A DNA stretch of 64,000 nucleotides, from positions 416,001 through 480,000 of the forward strand of contig CAVXTH010000005.1 in NCBI GenBank assembly GCA_963764625.1, given 5' to 3'. A program made the translations under genes and the position numbers. Below, piece after piece: positions 59,818-64,000 of the stretch (the first letter of the stretch is position 1; each line of letters starts with the position of its first letter). The stretch is from Candidatus Krumholzibacteriota bacterium (GTDB lineage: Bacteria; Krumholzibacteriota; Krumholzibacteriia; JAJRXK01). The notes below the pieces were generated by a model, which saw nothing but the letters and a program-made list of their open reading frames with translations, had not been told where the DNA came from and made no database searches.

Positions 59818-59830
59818 TGACAAATTGTCC
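59818..59830. promoter_or_regulatory. GACA-N3-TGTC palindromic operator-like site
   Basis: TGACAAATTGTCC, directly upstream of the -24 element. Confidence 0.62.
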
Positions 59831-59842
59831 GACTGACCCTTG

Positions 59843-59857
59843 CGGCATTGGCTATGC
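59843..59857 (+). promoter_or_regulatory. Sigma-54 (-24/-12) promoter
   Basis: CGGCATTGGCTATGC has exact GG-N10-GC spacing and matches YGGCAY-N5-WTGC. It lies about 80 nt upstream of ATG 59936. Confidence 0.68.
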
Positions 59858-59935
59858 CTTAGGAAAGGGCGAACGGGCCCCGCCAGGGACCGACCCATTC
59901 AGGGTCGCCGGCGATGCCCCTCGGAGGTGAGAACC

Positions 59936-60628
59936 ATGGTCGTCGTATTGGTTGCCAGCATGTATGTCCTTTTCCTCATCATCGACGCTCTCGTCGACCG
60001 GCACAAGCGCAGCCTGCGCGCAGCGGAGACTCAGGCCCGCCACGCCAAGCTGCAGGAGACCGCGCCGCGCTTCGCGGCCGGCTATTCGCTTCCGGAAGAT
60101 CTTCACTTTCACCAGGGCCACACCTGGCTACATTGGGTGAGTCCGGAAGAAGCCTATGTAGGAGTCGATGACTTCGGCCGTAGGCTCATCGGGGCCGATA
60201 GCCGCGTAACTCCCCCGAATCGCGGAAGCTGGGTACATCAGGGTGAGCACGCGGCGAAGGTCCTTCATGAGGGCCGCGAAGTTCATCTGCTCTCACCGGT
60301 CAGCGGTGAGGTCGTCGGGATCAATCCCGAACTCAAGAAAGACCCCTCGCTGATCAACAGGGATTCTTACGGCCGGGGCTGGATTTTCAAGATCAGGGCC
60401 GCCGACCTGCACGCGCAGATCTCCAACCTGCTCTCGGGAAGTCTGGCTCAGCGCTGGATGGAAGACACCCGGGACCGCTTCCAGCGTCAATTGATGATGG
60501 CCTCGGGCAGTGTCATTCAGGATGGCGGCGCGCCGGTTGACGACGTGGCAAGCCAACTGGACGCCGAGCAGTGGAAGCAATTAGCTGGGGAATTCTTTGA
60601 GCTACAGAACAGCTCGAGCGCTGACTAG
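59936..60628 (+). CDS. Membrane-anchored GcvH-like (glycine cleavage H fold) protein lacking the lipoyl-lysine
   Basis: N-terminal TM, FHQGHTW, VGVDDF, SPVSGEVV.IN, IN.D.YG.GW. The ESVK lipoylation hairpin is replaced by LHEGRE. Confidence 0.82.
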   Translation: MVVVLVASMYVLFLIIDALVDRHKRSLRAAETQARHAKLQETAPRFAAGYSLPEDLHFHQGHTWLHWVSPEEAYVGVDDFGRRLIGADSRVTPPNRGSWVHQGEHAAKVLHEGREVHLLSPVSGEVVGINPELKKDPSLINRDSYGRGWIFKIRAADLHAQISNLLSGSLAQRWMEDTRDRFQRQLMMASGSVIQDGGAPVDDVASQLDAEQWKQLAGEFFELQNSSSAD

Positions 60629-60640
60629 GGAGTGGATGTG

Positions 60641-61423
60641 ATGAAAGCTATTCTCTACGACATCAATCTCTGCATCGGGTGTGAAGCCTGTGTGGACGCG
60701 TGCAAGGAGGTGAACGGTCTTCCGGCCGAACCCCGGGACCGTCTCTCCTCCACCTCGTTCACCTATCTGACCGATGTGGGCGATGATGTGTACTACCGCC
60801 ACATGTGCATGCACTGCGTGGAACCCTCCTGTGCTTCGGCGTGCCCGGTGGGTGCGCTCCAGAAGACGGATGTGGGTCCGGTCACCTATGATTACGACAA
60901 GTGCATCGGTTGCCGGTACTGCATGGTCGCCTGCCCCTTCAGCGTTCCGCGCTACGAGTGGGAATCGAACACCCCGCGGGTTCGAAAGTGTGAGATGTGC
61001 AAACAGCGCACGCTCGAGGGAGGCATCACCGCCTGTGCGGAGGTTTGCCCGACCGAAGCCACCACCTTCGGGGATCGAGACGAGCTCATCGCGACCGCGT
61101 GGAAGAGAATCTCCGGTGACCCCGACTCCTATGCGCACCGCGTTTTCGGGGCGGAAGAAGTGGGTGGAACCTGCGTCTTGATGATCGGCCCGGAGAAAGT
61201 CCTGGAAGCGGCTTTCCCGCTGAATCTGCCCAATGAGGCCCTTCCTGAGTTGACCTGGAGAGTCATGGAGCGGATTCCCGCCGCGGTGGGCGTCGCGGGG
61301 GTGAGCCTTCTGGGCATCAATTGGCTCATTCGCCGGCGCATGGCTCTGGCGTCAGAGAACGGAACCGCTACGGTGGATTCCGCTACCACGGACAAGCTCG
61401 GGCATGAGGAGGACTTGCGATGA
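60641..61423 (+). CDS. 4x[4Fe-4S] dicluster protein (HybA/FdnH/NrfC family) with C-terminal TM
   Basis: CIGCEACVDAC, CMHCVEPSCASACP, CIGCRYCMVACPF, KCEMC...ACAEVCP, EVGGT. Confidence 0.9.
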   Translation: MKAILYDINLCIGCEACVDACKEVNGLPAEPRDRLSSTSFTYLTDVGDDVYYRHMCMHCVEPSCASACPVGALQKTDVGPVTYDYDKCIGCRYCMVACPFSVPRYEWESNTPRVRKCEMCKQRTLEGGITACAEVCPTEATTFGDRDELIATAWKRISGDPDSYAHRVFGAEEVGGTCVLMIGPEKVLEAAFPLNLPNEALPELTWRVMERIPAAVGVAGVSLLGINWLIRRRMALASENGTATVDSATTDKLGHEEDLR

Positions 61424-62625
61424 AGGCTCTGTCCTGGATCATCACCTACCCGTGGCGCGCAATCGGAGTCGTGGTGACCCTCGGTGGTCTTTACGGCGCC
61501 TACTTGCGATTCACACAGGGATTGGGCGCGGTCACGAATCTCAGTGACAGCTTTCCCTGGGGAATGTGGGTGGGTTTCGACGTGATGTGCGGGGTCATGC
61601 TGGCGGCCGGCGGTTTCACCATCAGCGCCTTGGTCTACATCTTCCAGGTGAAGAAGTGGCAACCCATCGCGCGTCCGGCCGTCCTGACCGCCTTCTTGGG
61701 CTACCTCCTGGTGGTGGGCGGACTCGAGTTCGACCTGGGTCACCCCTTCAAGGTCTGGCATCCGCTGGTCATGTGGAACCACCATTCGGTGATGTGGGAG
61801 GTCGCCTGGTGCGTGACCCTCTACACGAGCGTACTCGCCATGGAGTTCGCGACTTTCGTCTTCGAGAAGTTGAACTGGGACAAGCTCTCGCGCGTGTTCC
61901 ATCACCTCACCTTCCCCTTGACCCTGGCCGCCGTCCTCCTCTCGATGCTGCACCAGTCCTCTCTGGGCAGTCTGTTCCTGCTCGTGCCGGAACGTCTGCA
62001 CGCGCTGTGGTACACGCCGCTGCTGCCGGTCCTCTTCTTCGTATCGGCCATCGCGGTGGGCCTGAGCATGACCATCGTCGAGTCGAACTTGAGCGCGCGC
62101 GCTTTCGGACGTTGCATCGAGGGACCCATTCTGCAGAGCGTGGCCAAGGTCGCGGCCTGGGTAATGGGGTTCTATGCGGTGCTGCGGATCGGAGATCTAG
62201 TGCAACGCGGCGCGCTCAGCACGCTGTGGCCGCTGAATCGAGCTGCTGGATTCTTCTTGGTGGAGATCATCTTCGGGCTTTTGATTCCGCTTGTCATTTT
62301 CAGTTACCCCCACTTCCGGCACAACACGCGACTCTTGAACCGGGGCGCGCAGCTGGCGGTGTTGGGGTTCATCATGCACCGACTCAACGTTGGAATCACC
62401 GGTTTCGAAGTGGTTGCGGGAAAAACCTACACTCCCGCCTGGACTGAGATCGCCGTATCGCTCATGCTTGTTGCGATAGGTGTGACCGCTTTCAACCTGG
62501 CGGGCCGCTACCTCCCCATCTTCGAGACGGAGGATCCCGAGAGATTGAAGGTCTGGGCCCAGGAGAAGAAGCGCCTCGCGGCGCTCGAGTTCTCCCGTGC
62601 CTCTTCAGTTCCCGATCCGAGGTAG
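61420..62625 (+). CDS. NrfD/PsrC-family membrane subunit (HybB-like)
   Basis: GLGAVTNLSD.FPWG.W..FDV, DLG.P, S.MWEVAWCV.LY, HQSSLGSL. Confidence 0.9.
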   Translation: MKALSWIITYPWRAIGVVVTLGGLYGAYLRFTQGLGAVTNLSDSFPWGMWVGFDVMCGVMLAAGGFTISALVYIFQVKKWQPIARPAVLTAFLGYLLVVGGLEFDLGHPFKVWHPLVMWNHHSVMWEVAWCVTLYTSVLAMEFATFVFEKLNWDKLSRVFHHLTFPLTLAAVLLSMLHQSSLGSLFLLVPERLHALWYTPLLPVLFFVSAIAVGLSMTIVESNLSARAFGRCIEGPILQSVAKVAAWVMGFYAVLRIGDLVQRGALSTLWPLNRAAGFFLVEIIFGLLIPLVIFSYPHFRHNTRLLNRGAQLAVLGFIMHRLNVGITGFEVVAGKTYTPAWTEIAVSLMLVAIGVTAFNLAGRYLPIFETEDPERLKVWAQEKKRLAALEFSRASSVPDPR

Positions 62626-62675
62626 CGAAGCCGCTGGGTCCCGGGAGTCGATCGGGATGCACGACCATGTTTCTC

Positions 62676-62719
62676 CTCCGCCCGCTTCCCGCACTCGCGG
62701 TGGCGGGCGGAGTTTTATT
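62676..62719 (+). terminator. Intrinsic terminator
   Basis: CTCCGCCCGC...GCGGGCGGAG followed by TTTTATT. Confidence 0.7.
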
Positions 62720-62737
62720 CAGCTGATCTGGCGCAAC

Positions 62738-64000
62738 GTGAGCAACTGCGTGGGATGGCGCCTCGTCTTCATCCTTACCATCGTCCTCACACTCTCCCTC
62801 AGCACCGCGGGCATCGTTCTGGAGCGCATCCAACGGCGCAACATGGTCTCGGTGCTCGAGGACACCGCGCGGAGTATGGGAACGATCGTTCTCGCCACCA
62901 CCCACACCGCGATGCTCGAGAACAATCAGAATCTGCTGAACGAGATGATCCAGAATCTGGGAACCCAGGAGCAGATTCTGGCCGCGCGCGTGGTGTCGGC
63001 GGGCGGAGAGGTGCGTTACTCTTCGCGTCCAACCGAGATTGGCAAAGTGGCCGATCGTACCGCGGAGCCCTGTCAGGTCTGTCACCGCGAATCACAACCG
63101 TTCGTGCCCAAGTCTTCCCGTGAAGCACTGCACGTCTATCGCCTTGCCACCGGAACCAAAGCCCTGGGGCTGGCGGTGCCCATCCTCAACCAGGCCGAAT
63201 GTTCCAATGCGGCCTGTCACGTCCACGATCGAAGCCAGACCGTGCTGGGCATTCTGGACCTGGAGTTCAGTACGCAGCACATGGAGGCCGCACTCTACGA
63301 GCAGAGGTCGGGTTATTGGATGCTCTCGGCCGCTCTCGTCCTGCTCATCTGCCTGGTGGCCGGGTGGGCGGCCTATCGAGTGGTGCACCGGCCGATGCAC
63401 GCACTGTTGGATGGCACGCGGAGCATTGCGGCGGGAAATCTGGCCACCCGGCTTCCCGCGCAATCGATCGGAGAGGTGCACGAGCTGGCTTCGTCCTTCA
63501 ACCTGATGGCGGCCCAACTCGAGACGGCGGCCCGGGATCGCGAGGAATGGAATCGCACCCTCGAGCGGCGCGTGGCCGAGAAGACGGCCCAGTTGAAGAA
63601 GGCCCAGGACAAGCTGGTGCTCACCGAGAAGATGGTGTCGCTGGGAAAACTCTCGGCCGTCGTCGCGCACGAAATCAACAACCCTCTGGCCGGCATCCTG
63701 GTGACGATCAAGTTGCTCCTGCGCCGTTTACCGCGATTGCTCGACGGCACCTCGACCGAGGAGGAGCGCAAGAGCTCCGTGTCGCAGTTGGAGATGGTCG
63801 AGCGGGAGACCGCGCGTTGCGGCGACATTGTGCGCAATCTGCTCCTGTTCTCGCGCCGGAGCGAACTTCAGACCCACATGGAGGACATCGAAGAGATCTT
63901 GCAGCGCTGCCTCAAGCTGGTGGGCCACCGGGCCCAGCTCCAGCAAGTGACCGTCGTCGAGCACTTCCCCAAGGATCTGCCCCGCATCGGCTGCGACGCC
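62738..64000 (+). CDS. Membrane sensor histidine kinase with heme-c-binding periplasmic domain and HAMP (3' truncated by window)
   Basis: Not in the ORF track because it is open to the window end. Manual translation gives TM1, CQVCH (63071), CSNAACH (63200), TM2, HAMP (ELASSFNLM) and H-box VAHEINNPL. Start codon uncertain. Confidence 0.88.
   Translation, partial: MSNCVGWRLVFILTIVLTLSLSTAGIVLERIQRRNMVSVLEDTARSMGTIVLATTHTAMLENNQNLLNEMIQNLGTQEQILAARVVSAGGEVRYSSRPTEIGKVADRTAEPCQVCHRESQPFVPKSSREALHVYRLATGTKALGLAVPILNQAECSNAACHVHDRSQTVLGILDLEFSTQHMEAALYEQRSGYWMLSAALVLLICLVAGWAAYRVVHRPMHALLDGTRSIAAGNLATRLPAQSIGEVHELASSFNLMAAQLETAARDREEWNRTLERRVAEKTAQLKKAQDKLVLTEKMVSLGKLSAVVAHEINNPLAGILVTIKLLLRRLPRLLDGTSTEEERKSSVSQLEMVERETARCGDIVRNLLLFSRRSELQTHMEDIEEILQRCLKLVGHRAQLQQVTVVEHFPKDLPRIGCDA

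Noticed and set aside
59936-60628. Glycine cleavage system
   Set aside because: No lipoyl-lysine and no gcvP, gcvT or lpd genes nearby.
60641-62625. Hydrogenase-2 operon
   Set aside because: No small or large NiFe subunit in the window, and a terminator follows the membrane subunit.
1-64000. CRISPR arrays, tRNA/rRNA genes, IS elements, prophage or defence genes
   Set aside because: No regularly spaced repeats, RNA gene signatures, transposase, integrase or phage proteins were recognised by eye. Small RNAs could be missed without a covariance search.

Overview
This is a GC-rich, gene-dense bacterial window dominated by anaerobic energy metabolism. A C-terminal PNPFNP/FlgD-Ig sorting domain hints at an FCB-group lineage such as Krumholzibacteriota, Eisenbacteria or Latescibacterota (inference only). 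In order, it contains a heme biosynthesis operon (hemE-hemY-hemC-hemB-hemL), a block of tandem-duplicated beta-barrel and lipoprotein genes, menG/ubiE, GT-C-like membrane proteins, an M16 protease and a short sigma-70 factor. It continues with a CoA-transferase/GNAT fusion, a Rieske/cytochrome b/nonaheme complex, PFOR with a DHOD-like partner, a sigma-54 two-component pair flanking a 2-oxoacid:ferredoxin oxidoreductase operon, and a degenerate orphan HypF. The last 17 kb hold a Geobacter-like extracellular electron transfer island: c554-like tetraheme, CbcL-like, ImcH-like, and a porin with dodecaheme and lipoprotein tetraheme cytochromes. That island is followed by a lipoyl-less GcvH-like/HybA/HybB module and a heme-c-sensing histidine kinase. 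I counted 47 canonical CxxCH motifs plus 2 atypical ones across seven proteins. The main non-coding signals are a recurring intergenic palindrome (T/G)GACA-N3-TGTC(C/A) in front of four operons and a full sigma-54 promoter architecture at 59.6-59.9 kb. Two genes carry apparent single-base frameshifts. No tRNA, rRNA, CRISPR array or transposase was recognised.
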